DNA of 64,000 nt from an uncultured Planctomycetia bacterium (GTDB taxonomy: Bacteria > Planctomycetota > Planctomycetia > Pirellulales > Thermoguttaceae), in the NCBI GenBank assembly GCA_963775975.1, contig CAVZKX010000002.1:2996502-3060501 (forward strand). Reading direction: 5' to 3'. Numbering within the stretch: position 1 is the stretch's first letter; every line of letters starts with the position of its first letter. Position numbers and translations under genes: made by a program. Below the pieces are notes generated by a model that saw nothing but the letters and a program-made list of their open reading frames with translations, did not search any database and was not told the DNA's origin. This document shows, in pieces, positions 17,722 to 26,208 of this stretch.

Positions 17722-18027
17722 CTAGTTCTTGCTGAACCCGGCCATCGCTGCGACAAAACTCTCGCGGCCCAAGGGATGCTTGACGAATTTCTCGCGGCAC
17801 TCCGGGCAAAGATCGAAGCGAAGCTGCTGGCAGACCTCTTCGCCGATCGCCTCGTTCATGATGTCATCCTGCCGCTCGATGATGTCCTGAATCTGTTCGA
17901 GCGGATCGTTGTCGTCGTCTTCCGTGGACGCGTCCATCGCGGCGAAGATTTCCATTTTCACCACGTAGCGGAGATCGTTCTCTGCATCGAGATCCCGCTT
18001 GCACAGATCGCACGAATATCGAATCAT
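17722..18027 (-). CDS. zinc-ribbon protein, hypothetical
   Basis: Start taken at MIRYSCDLCKRD. CDLC...CPEC pairs flank an acidic middle. Confidence 0.5.
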   Translation of the reverse strand: MIRYSCDLCKRDLDAENDLRYVVKMEIFAAMDASTEDDDNDPLEQIQDIIERQDDIMNEAIGEEVCQQLRFDLCPECREKFVKHPLGRESFVAAMAGFSKN

Positions 18028-18507
18028 TGATCCACTCCTTCTTGCGGCTCGCGCTGGAAAGGGAAACGGACATCCGCCTTTGGGCAACGGAAGCCCGATA
18101 GGTTCATCCTAATGGCCCCGCGGGGACTGACGCAAGACGGGCGGCGGAAGATTTTTGGCAATTTCGGCCGATTTTTCGGTGGCCTGACAGAAATCCGCAA
18201 AGGCGTCTGGCAGATCGCTCCGGCTTAGGTTAAGATAGAGCGGTTACGCAGCCTCAAAAGGCATAGAAGAGGCTCTATCGGATCCGGTCAAATGGCACGA
18301 TGGACGCAGCGCCAGGATCGGTCTTGTTGGAGACTCTAAGGCAATACCCGAACACATGCTTCGGGTGGAACGGGAGACCTTCCTGTGCGCCTCAATCAGT
18401 CGGCCAACACCCGCGTGGCGAAACTGCACGGCAGCCGCAAGCTTCCGGCGCATAGAGAGGCATTTTCTACAGCCCAGCCGCATTGTTCCCCCTCGCTCCA
18501 CGCCAGC

Positions 18508-19110
18508 GTGCTGGTGCTCAATCGGCTTTATATGGCGGTACATGTGATTGGCATCCGCAGGGCATTTGCCCTCTTATGCCGCGAATTAGCGGAGGTTATT
18601 CATGCCGGCGAGGAAGGGATCTTCGGCAACTATACGTTTGACTCGTGGCTTGAAGCCAGCCAGTTGCGCGTCCATCAAAAACAGACGCATGAGGACTGGA
18701 TTCGCTCGGTGAATTTCGAGATTCAGGTGCCGCGAGTCATCCGGTTGCTGCGTTATGATCGGCTGCCGAAGCATGGCGTCCACCTCAATCGGCGCAACGT
18801 GCTAGCCCGCGACGGACACCAATGTCAATATTGCGGCAAGCACTTGCCCATGCATCAGTTGAGTCTCGACCACGTCCTGCCGCGGAGCCGCGGCGGGCCG
18901 ACCACTTGGGAGAACATCGTCTGCGCTTGCCTGGCGTGCAATGTGAGGAAGGGAGGGCGCACTCCACACGAAGCGAAGATGAAGCTCGTCTGCAAGCCCG
19001 CGCGGCCGAAGCGCAACCCCATGCTCACGTTGAAGCTGGAAAACCCCAAGTACGAGAGTTGGCGGACTTGGCTCGACGGGGTCTCTTGGGAAATCGGAGC
19101 GAAGGATTGA
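18508..19110 (+). CDS. HNH endonuclease
   Basis: CQYCG...LSLDHVLPRSRGGPTTWENIVCACLACNVRKG. The start is uncertain: GTG at 18508 chosen, ATG at 18532 is the alternative, and the ORF is open from 18385. Confidence 0.8.
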   Translation: MLVLNRLYMAVHVIGIRRAFALLCRELAEVIHAGEEGIFGNYTFDSWLEASQLRVHQKQTHEDWIRSVNFEIQVPRVIRLLRYDRLPKHGVHLNRRNVLARDGHQCQYCGKHLPMHQLSLDHVLPRSRGGPTTWENIVCACLACNVRKGGRTPHEAKMKLVCKPARPKRNPMLTLKLENPKYESWRTWLDGVSWEIGAKD

Positions 19111-19215
19111 AGTTTGCGCACTCTCGCTTGCCGCGCTGGAGTCCCGGCTTTAGCCGGTGTATTCCTAGACATGCCGCCTGAAAGCGGTACTCCACCCCCC
19201 CTAATGCCGCGCTTT

Positions 19216-19231
19216 TTGGCACGCCAGAAGC
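19216..19231 (+). promoter_or_regulatory. candidate sigma-54 (-24/-12) promoter
   Basis: TTGGCACGCCAGAAGC has GG and GC at the canonical spacing, but the -12 element is AAGC rather than TTGC. About 110 nt upstream of the sigma-factor gene. Confidence 0.25.
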
Positions 19232-19342
19232 CCCTTCCAAAATGCGACTTGTTTCTTGCATAGTCCTTGTCTAAAATCGAATAGGGCGACGTATGCAGTC
19301 CACGGGGCCCAGGGGCATTAGTTTCTCGTCAAGGTTTTTAGC

Positions 19343-19927
19343 GTGGCACTCTCTGATATTGATCGAAACCTGCTGGATCGCTGCCTCAACCGCAAGCCAA
19401 GGGCGTGGGAGGACTTCGTTGACCGCTTCATGGGCCTCGTGCAACATGTGATCCGGCACACGGCCCAAGCCCGGAGCATGCGTCTTACTCCTCACGATCG
19501 CGACGACCTCTGCGCTGAGGTCTTTCTGGCCGTCATTCGCAGCGACTTTGCGGTGCTCCGCAACTTTCGCGGGCAGAGCAGCCTGGCTACCTATCTCACG
19601 GTCGTCGCGCGGCGAGTTGTCGTGCGCGATCTTCTGGCACGCGGACCGGGCGGCAAGTTGTCGGCGCCAGCCCAGCGTCTGCCGCAGGCCGTTCCCGATC
19701 CGCACATGAACGCGGAGAAGAAAGTGAGCGATCGCGAGGAAGTCGAACACCTGATCGGCGGTCTGCAAGGCACCGAGGCGCTGGTCGTTCGCATGTATCA
19801 TCTGGAAGGCAAGACCTACCAAGAGATCAGCACGACGGTCGGCATGCCGGAAAACAGCATCGGGCCGATCCTATCTCGCGCCCGCGACAAGCTCCGCCGG
19901 GCAGGCGTCAACCCGGCGGTAGGCTAA
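19343..19927 (+). CDS. RNA polymerase sigma-70 family (ECF-type) sigma factor
   Basis: Region 2 (DLCAEVFLAVI) and region 4 HTH (YHLEGKTYQEISTTVGMPENSIGPILSRARDKLRR). GTG start. Confidence 0.85.
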   Translation: MALSDIDRNLLDRCLNRKPRAWEDFVDRFMGLVQHVIRHTAQARSMRLTPHDRDDLCAEVFLAVIRSDFAVLRNFRGQSSLATYLTVVARRVVVRDLLARGPGGKLSAPAQRLPQAVPDPHMNAEKKVSDREEVEHLIGGLQGTEALVVRMYHLEGKTYQEISTTVGMPENSIGPILSRARDKLRRAGVNPAVG

Positions 19928-19939
19928 CGCCGTCGCAAT

Positions 19940-19998
19940 GTAGGATGGACCTCCGAGTCCGTCCAGTCTTCGAGGACGGACTCGGAGGTCCATCCTAC
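19940..19998. repeat. REP-like perfect palindrome (GTAGGATGGACCTCCGAGTCCGTCC / loop / complement)
   Basis: 25-nt perfect arms and a 9-nt loop, between convergent genes. Confidence 0.9.
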
Positions 19999-20029
19999 GA
20001 ACTCGACGAAATAACTTGTACGCAGGTTC

Positions 20030-20677
20030 TCACTGGTTCATGGCGTTGGCGGCGTTCTGCGCGTCCATCGCGTTCTGAGCGTTGACGGCGTTTTGCGTGT
20101 TGATCATGTTCTGCGTGTTGATCATATCCTGAATGTTGTTGTTCATCATCTGATTATTGATCATATCTTGCCTTTGTTGCATGTTCCGCAGATTGGCTTC
20201 ATCGTTCAACGCGGCCGAATTGTCGTAGGTCGAGTAATAGCTGTCGTCCACGTTCGCGGTCGAGCCTTGCCCTGCGTCGCGCAGATTGCGAATCATGCCC
20301 GCCGGAAGCCGCACGGTCATGTAGGGCATGCAAATGGTTTGTCCGCCGTCGCGCTCGTTGCGCACAGTAACGCCATATCCTCCGCGAGTCGTCGCGCCTC
20401 TCCATTGGCGGGCTTGTGCATAGACCTGCGTCTGAAGAATCGGCTGGAGGCAGTTCGTTGTCGCGGTCCAGCCGGGCGCGGCTTGAACTTTCTTTGCATA
20501 CTCAAGTCCTGCAGCCGGATCGGTTGTGGTCCACGAATGGGCCTCGTCCTTGACCCACTTGCCATCGCTCAGGTGGAACGCCCAGATGGAATAAATCGGT
20601 TGACTGGCGTTAGCGGTGTCGAAGGCGAGGACCGGGAACGAAATCAGCATGATCGCGGCAAAGGCGATGGTTTTCAT
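20030..20677 (-). CDS. secreted protein with Asn/Gln/Met-rich repetitive C-terminus
   Basis: Start taken at MKTIAFAAIMLISFPVLA (signal peptide). The tail is ...MINNQMMNNNIQDMINTQNMINTQNAVNAQNAMDAQNAANAMNQ. Confidence 0.6.
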   Translation of the reverse strand: MKTIAFAAIMLISFPVLAFDTANASQPIYSIWAFHLSDGKWVKDEAHSWTTTDPAAGLEYAKKVQAAPGWTATTNCLQPILQTQVYAQARQWRGATTRGGYGVTVRNERDGGQTICMPYMTVRLPAGMIRNLRDAGQGSTANVDDSYYSTYDNSAALNDEANLRNMQQRQDMINNQMMNNNIQDMINTQNMINTQNAVNAQNAMDAQNAANAMNQ

Positions 20678-21048
20678 CTTACGGCTCCAAAATGGTGCGG
20701 AAATTGACCAAATCGTTTCGTGCATGCCGTGTGCCAAAGGCCCGGCACGGCCCAACATCTCGTTACGACGCTCCGCGTCGTAACGGAACGTCCTGGCCGC
20801 TCTGCGGCCTAGATTGGGCGTGAATCCGTCGGTCCAACAAAATCCGCTCCGGGGCCGCGGAGCGGCCGACAGCCCGTGGCCACGCAGAGCGTGGGCACGA
20901 GGACGAGCGTGAGGGCGGTTCACATTGATGACATCGCGCCCAAAAAGCGATTGCCGATTGGCATCCTTGGACCCCGGCCGCAAAAGTGGTATGATGAGCC
21001 TTTCCGTCTGGGTATTCGGCGTTATAGTGTCCCTCAGTGGAGTGGTGT

Positions 21049-21270
21049 ATGGCGAACAAAGAGGAAGCAATCGAAGTCGAGGGCGTCGTTACCGAAGCCC
21101 TCGCGAACACGCGGTTCCGCGTGCAACTGGACAGCGGCCACAAGGTCATCGCCCACGTTGCCGGGCGGATGCGGAAGAACTTCATCCGGATCGTGCCGGG
21201 CGACAAGGTGCGAGTCGAGCTCTCTCCCTACGATCTGACCAAGGGACGGATCACGTTTCGCGAGCGGTAA
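21049..21270 (+). CDS. infA: translation initiation factor IF-1
   Basis: [71 protein letters not shown]. Confidence 0.95.
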   Translation: MANKEEAIEVEGVVTEALANTRFRVQLDSGHKVIAHVAGRMRKNFIRIVPGDKVRVELSPYDLTKGRITFRER

Positions 21271-21388
21271 GCTATCGTTGGGTAAGGCCGTGCGGCCCCA
21301 CACAATCCATTTCCCAATAATTCTGTGCCGCGGGCGAATAACCGCGATAGTGCCGAATATCCACTTTCCCCTTTCCAGGAGAAGAGCT

Positions 21389-23080
21389 ATGAAGAAGTGT
21401 TTGTCCATGTTCCTGGCTGCGGCGGTTCTATTCGCCGCGGGCCTTTCGCGGGCTGGCGCCGCGGAACCGAAACCGATCGCCGCAGTAGCCGTCGCCAGCT
21501 ACAACGATCTCCTTGACGACATCAACTTTGTCGGCGGGCTGGTTGACCGGCCGCAGTTGGGCGCCGGGCTTGACGGCCTCGTCACGCTGGTGACGCAGGG
21601 CAAAGGTCTGGCCGGCGTCGATAAGGCGCGGCCGTTCGGCGCGATCGTCCAAGCCAGCAGCGCTGACGACGTTTCCGGTTACGTCTTCGTGCCGGTCAAC
21701 GACTTCAAGGCGGCGCTCGACCTATTGAAGCTCTACAACGAGGTCGAGGAGCAGGGCGGCGTTTACAAGCTCACGCCCAAGGATGGCAAGCAGGCCAACT
21801 ACGTTAAGCAGCACGACTCTTGGGCATGTTTTTCCGACAAGGCGGAGTCGCTCGCGCACATCGCAGGCAATCCGCTCACCGCGATCCACGGCATGGAGAA
21901 GAACTATATCGTCGCCGGACGTATCTTTCTGGCAGACGTGCCCGAAGCGCTCCGCGACAAGTTTCTCACGGGCCTCAAGAGCGGGATCGAGAATGAGGCC
22001 AACAACAAGAAGGACGACGAGACCGACGAGCAGTTCGCTCAGCGGAAGAAGTTCCTGGAGCAGGTCGAGGCCTATCTCACGCGAGTGGCGGGCGACATGG
22101 ACCAGATCAACTTCGGCTGGGGCCTGGATCGCAAAGCGGCGCGGACGTTCGTCGATTTCAGCGGGACCGCCAAGCCGGGCACCGAGACGGCCGCGGAAAT
22201 GGCCCTGGCCGCCGAGGCCAAGAGCTACTTCTCCGGCTTCCGCATTCCCGGAGCGGCGGCCCTCTATGCCGTAGCCAGCCCGATTCCCGCAGTCAAGCAA
22301 AAGCTTGCCGAGAGCCTGATTGAACTCGCGCGCAGCCACGCGGTGAGTAAGATAGTCGAGCGCGCTCCGGAGAACAAGCGCGCAACGGCCAAGGTGGTTG
22401 TCGGCGACAGCCTCGACCTGTTGACCAAGATGGTCAAGTCGGGCCGTACGGACATGGTGATCACCGGATTGCTCAGCGAAGATTCGGCTACCGGCTTGGC
22501 CGCGTTCTATGTCGCCGACGGCAAGTTGTTCGACAAGATCGTCCACACCGTGGTGAAGGCGATCGAGGAAGACAATCCCGCGGTAGATCAATTCGTCACG
22601 CTCGACGCGGAGACCGCGGGCGGGCTGACAATCCACAAGGTTTCGATTCCCATTCCGGAAAACGCCGAGAATCGCGAGACCGTCGTTAAACTCATCGGCG
22701 AGAAGTTGGATATCGTCGTCGCGGTGGGGAAGGACAACGTCTATGTCGCCGTCGGGCGCGACGCCGCGGCAAAGCTCAAGGCGGCCGTTGCGTCGTCTAA
22801 TGAAAGCGGCGCGAAGTCCGTCCCGCCGGTAAATGCCTCGTACGCGTTCCAGCCAATCGCGGGGGCTATCGCCGCGGTGGGCAAGCCAGAGGATCGGGTC
22901 GGCGCCAAGATGGCCGTAGCCGAATTGAAAAAGTCGCCCGGCAAGGACCATATAAGTCTCACCTTGCGGCCGATCGACAACGGCGTGCGGATGCGGCTCG
23001 AGGTCGAACCGGGCCTATTGCGGGTGGCCGGGCAATTAATTGTCGGGCGCATGGAAGGCAAGAGCCCGGCCGCGGAATAG
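21389..23080 (+). CDS. secreted hypothetical protein
   Basis: AGGAGAAG lies upstream of the ATG at 21389. Signal peptide MKKCLSMFLAAAVLFAAGLSRAGA. 563 aa. Confidence 0.65.
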   Translation: MKKCLSMFLAAAVLFAAGLSRAGAAEPKPIAAVAVASYNDLLDDINFVGGLVDRPQLGAGLDGLVTLVTQGKGLAGVDKARPFGAIVQASSADDVSGYVFVPVNDFKAALDLLKLYNEVEEQGGVYKLTPKDGKQANYVKQHDSWACFSDKAESLAHIAGNPLTAIHGMEKNYIVAGRIFLADVPEALRDKFLTGLKSGIENEANNKKDDETDEQFAQRKKFLEQVEAYLTRVAGDMDQINFGWGLDRKAARTFVDFSGTAKPGTETAAEMALAAEAKSYFSGFRIPGAAALYAVASPIPAVKQKLAESLIELARSHAVSKIVERAPENKRATAKVVVGDSLDLLTKMVKSGRTDMVITGLLSEDSATGLAAFYVADGKLFDKIVHTVVKAIEEDNPAVDQFVTLDAETAGGLTIHKVSIPIPENAENRETVVKLIGEKLDIVVAVGKDNVYVAVGRDAAAKLKAAVASSNESGAKSVPPVNASYAFQPIAGAIAAVGKPEDRVGAKMAVAELKKSPGKDHISLTLRPIDNGVRMRLEVEPGLLRVAGQLIVGRMEGKSPAAE

Positions 23081-23111
23081 CACCGCGACCCCTATAGTTC
23101 TCAAAAACGCA

Positions 23112-23155
23112 ACGGAGTGCGGCGGCCAAAGGTCGCCGCACTCCGTGCTTTCTTG
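23112..23155 (+). terminator. hairpin terminator candidate
   Basis: ACGGAGTGCGGCG ... CGCCGCACTCCGT stem followed by a T-rich stretch, 30 nt after the stop codon. Confidence 0.5.
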
Positions 23156-23703
23156 GCCCTCAAAAGATGTCAACTTTGCGGACGCCAAGCCAAGTCGTTC
23201 ATCGTGATTTAAGCTCTAAGCTCTCCACTCTCGGCTCTCCACTCTAAGCTCTCCACTATTAAAGACGGCTGGCCGCCGAGGCAGATCCAAGCGCCACAAC
23301 CGCGTATGACCGGTCTGGGTGAACCGGTGGGTGACTAGAAGTCGGCTGTGTATACTCCCTGCCTCGGCGTCCAGCCCGAGTGACGTGTAATCGTGACAAC
23401 GTGGCTATTCTGCCCTAGCTTCGTGTGCTGTTTGTGAACCGCCGGCAAACGTTCGGTTAGCAATCGGTTTGCGTTGGGTTAGGTCGTGCGATGGGCAGGC
23501 AGTTCGCATGGCGATATAATGGGCTTTCCTCACCGATCATCACCCTCCGACAGAGCGCACGCTAAGGCGCAAAGCTCGCAAAGGGATTCCATGAGACTAA
23601 GCGAGATGATTCTCCCGAGCCGACGATTTTCCATTTTATCGATCGGATCGACTGATGTTTTCTTTGCGAGCTTTGCGCCTTTGCGCGAGACTTCCCAACG
23701 ATA

Positions 23704-26004
23704 ATGCTGGAGCCTGCTGCTGTGAAAACTGCCAGCTTCGTGTTAATCCTGGCTATAACCTCCTCCGCAATCGCCCAGCCTCCGGCCATGTTCGATACTG
23801 AAGCCATCGACGCCAAAGTGGGCGCCCTGTTGAAGCGGATGACGCTCGCCGAAAAGCTCGGCCAGTTGACGCAGTTCTCCAACGGCGCGGCCACCGGGCC
23901 GGGCGGCGCGAAAGTCGATCAAAAAGAACTCGCCGCGCGAGGAGGACTCGGTTCGGTCCTCAATCTCACCGGCGCGCGCGAATGCAATGAGCTGCAGCGG
24001 CAGGCCGTGGAAAAATCGCGGCTGAAGATTCCGATCCTCTTCGGCCTCGATGTGATCCACGGGCACCGCACGGTCTACCCGATCCCGCTGGGTCTCTCCG
24101 CCGCATGGGACGCCGAACTTGCCGAGCGCTGTGCCCGCATGGCCGCCGAGGAGGCGACCGCCGACGGCATTCGTTGGACGTTCTCGCCGATGGTCGATAT
24201 CGCCCGCGACGCCCGCTGGGGCCGCATCGCCGAAGGCAGCGGCGAGGACCCGTTCCTCGGCTCGGTGATGGCGGCTGCCTGGGTCCGTGGATATCAAGGA
24301 AAGGACCTGTCTAATGCAACGGCGATGCTCGCTTGCGCCAAGCATTATGTCGCCTACGGCGCGCCGGAGGGCGGACGCGATTACAACACGGTCGACGTCT
24401 CCGAGCGCGTCTTGCGCGACGTTTATCTCCCGCCCTTCAAGGCGGCCAAGGATGCCGGTGCGGGCACGTTCATGGCGGCGTTCAACTCGTTGCAAGGAGT
24501 GCCGGCATCGGCAAACCATCATACGCTGACCGACATCCTGCGAACCGAATGGGGGTTCAAGGGCTTCGTCGTGAGCGATTGGGACTCGATCGGTGAGCTC
24601 GTGCAGCACGGCGTGGCGCTCGATGGCAGCGAGGCGGCGCTGAAAGCGATTACCGCCGGAGTCGATATGGATATGCAGAGCGGTCTATATGACTCGGTGC
24701 TGCCGGAGTTGTTGCAGAGCGGACGGTTGAAGAGCGAGGTGATCGATCGGGCAGTCGAGCGCGTGCTGCGAATCAAGTTTGCGCTTGGGCTGTTTGAAAC
24801 GCCATATACGGACGAAAAGCGGAGTGACACGCAAGCTATCAAGTCAAAACATCGAGAACTCGCCCGGCGGGCGGCGGAAGAATCATTTGTGCTGCTGAAG
24901 AACGATAATGTATCCGGCACACTCCGTGTGCCGCCTGCGAACGGCACACGGAGTGTGCCGGATACATTTCTTCTGCCGTTGCCAGCGAACAAGAGAATTG
25001 CCCTCATCGGCCCGCTGGCCGACGATCACGCGGGCATGTTAGGCGCGTGGGTGATGAAGGCCGATCCGAAGCTCGTCGTGACCTTGCGGGAATCGCTCGC
25101 CGAGCGGATTGGCGATCGACTTATGTATGCAAAAGGCGCCGAAACGCGCGGCGACTCCGAAGCCGGCTTTGCCGAAGCACTTGCCGCGGCACGGGAAGCC
25201 GACATTGTGCTAATGGCCTTGGGCGAAGCACCCGACATGAGCGGCGAGGCCGAATCGCGGGCCCACTTGGACCTGCCTGGCGTGCAGCTCAAGCTGCTCA
25301 AGGCGGTCGTCGCGACGGGCAAGCCGGTCGTGCTCGTTCTGTTTAGCGGGCGGCCGCTTGCAATTCCCTGGGAGGCCGAGCATGTGCCGGCGATCATCGC
25401 GGCCTGGTTCCCCGGCGTGCAAGCCGGGCCGGCGCTCGTGCGCACGCTTTACGGCGACGTGAATCCATCGGGCAAGCTCACCGCGACCTTTCCACGGAGT
25501 GTGGGCCAGGAACCTTTGTATTACAACTGCTTCAACACGGGCCGTCCCGCGCCGGGCAGCGACCACTACGTGACCGGCTACATCGACGAGCGGAATACGC
25601 CCCTCTTTCCTTTCGGCTGGGGGCTGTCGTACACGAAATTCGACTACTCGCCGACGTCGATAACATCGCCGGCGACGAGTGCCACGGACATAAACCGCGA
25701 CGGGGCGATAACGGTCGAAGCGACCGTCACGAACACCGGCCCGCGGGACGGTATGGAGGTCGTGCAGCTCTACATCCGCCAGCGCGGCACGAGCGTCGTC
25801 CGGCCGGTTCGCGAGCTAAAAGGTTTCCAGAAAATCATGCTCGCGGCCGGCGAGTCCCGGATGATCAAGTTCACACTTACAAAGAAGGAGCTTGCCTTCT
25901 GGAATATTGACTTGCAGCACGTTGTCGAGCCGGGCGAGTTGACCGTATGGGTCGCGCCCAATTGCCAGAGTGGCCAGCCGGTGAAGGTCCTGATCGGGCG
26001 GTAA
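23704..26004 (+). CDS. bglX: glycoside hydrolase family 3 beta-glucosidase (BglX-type)
   Basis: LTLAEKLGQL, GRIAEGSGEDP, GFVVSDW (nucleophile Asp), C-terminal FnIII-like domain. Carries a 60-nt palindrome in frame. Confidence 0.92.
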   Translation: MLEPAAVKTASFVLILAITSSAIAQPPAMFDTEAIDAKVGALLKRMTLAEKLGQLTQFSNGAATGPGGAKVDQKELAARGGLGSVLNLTGARECNELQRQAVEKSRLKIPILFGLDVIHGHRTVYPIPLGLSAAWDAELAERCARMAAEEATADGIRWTFSPMVDIARDARWGRIAEGSGEDPFLGSVMAAAWVRGYQGKDLSNATAMLACAKHYVAYGAPEGGRDYNTVDVSERVLRDVYLPPFKAAKDAGAGTFMAAFNSLQGVPASANHHTLTDILRTEWGFKGFVVSDWDSIGELVQHGVALDGSEAALKAITAGVDMDMQSGLYDSVLPELLQSGRLKSEVIDRAVERVLRIKFALGLFETPYTDEKRSDTQAIKSKHRELARRAAEESFVLLKNDNVSGTLRVPPANGTRSVPDTFLLPLPANKRIALIGPLADDHAGMLGAWVMKADPKLVVTLRESLAERIGDRLMYAKGAETRGDSEAGFAEALAAAREADIVLMALGEAPDMSGEAESRAHLDLPGVQLKLLKAVVATGKPVVLVLFSGRPLAIPWEAEHVPAIIAAWFPGVQAGPALVRTLYGDVNPSGKLTATFPRSVGQEPLYYNCFNTGRPAPGSDHYVTGYIDERNTPLFPFGWGLSYTKFDYSPTSITSPATSATDINRDGAITVEATVTNTGPRDGMEVVQLYIRQRGTSVVRPVRELKGFQKIMLAAGESRMIKFTLTKKELAFWNIDLQHVVEPGELTVWVAPNCQSGQPVKVLIGR
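24908..24967. repeat. 60-nt palindromic element inside the bglX coding sequence
   Basis: ATGTATCCGGCACACTCCGTGTGCCG-CCTGCGAA-CGGCACACGGAGTGTGCCGGATACAT. A near-identical intergenic copy lies at 58516-58574. Confidence 0.9.
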
Positions 26005-26134
26005 TATTCGAAAAAAGAAGAGGACTGAGCCGGCGCCCGACGTAACGAACATCCGTGCCGTTATTCTTGCCCAAGATTGACCTGGTCCCAAGCGTCCGTG
26101 CTCGGGGGCGTCAATGGCTCAGTCCTCTCCGGTT

Positions 26135-26195
26135 GTAGGGAACGGACTCCGTGCCGTTCCGCGGACTCTGGAACGGCACGCAGACCGTTCCCTAC
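26135..26195. repeat. REP-like nested palindrome (GTAGGGAACGG...CCGTTCCCTAC)
   Basis: Outer arms GTAGGGAACGG/CCGTTCCCTAC and inner arms CGTGCCGTTCC/GGAACGGCACG, between convergent genes. Confidence 0.85.
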
Positions 26196-26208
26196 AGAAA
26201 CACTGCAA

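Noticed and set aside
18100-18500. Possible structured RNA upstream of the HNH gene (GATAGAGC..GCCTC / GAGGCTCTATC stem)
   Set aside because: It is a single modest bulged hairpin with no recognisable riboswitch core, which is not enough evidence to call a feature.
20678-21070. Upstream extension of the Q/N-tail protein ORF (346 aa as listed)
   Set aside because: The extension runs through REP-type palindromes (for example CGTTACGACGC..GCGTCGTAACG at 20762-20786) and overlaps infA on the other strand. A signal-peptide Met at 20677 is the sensible start.
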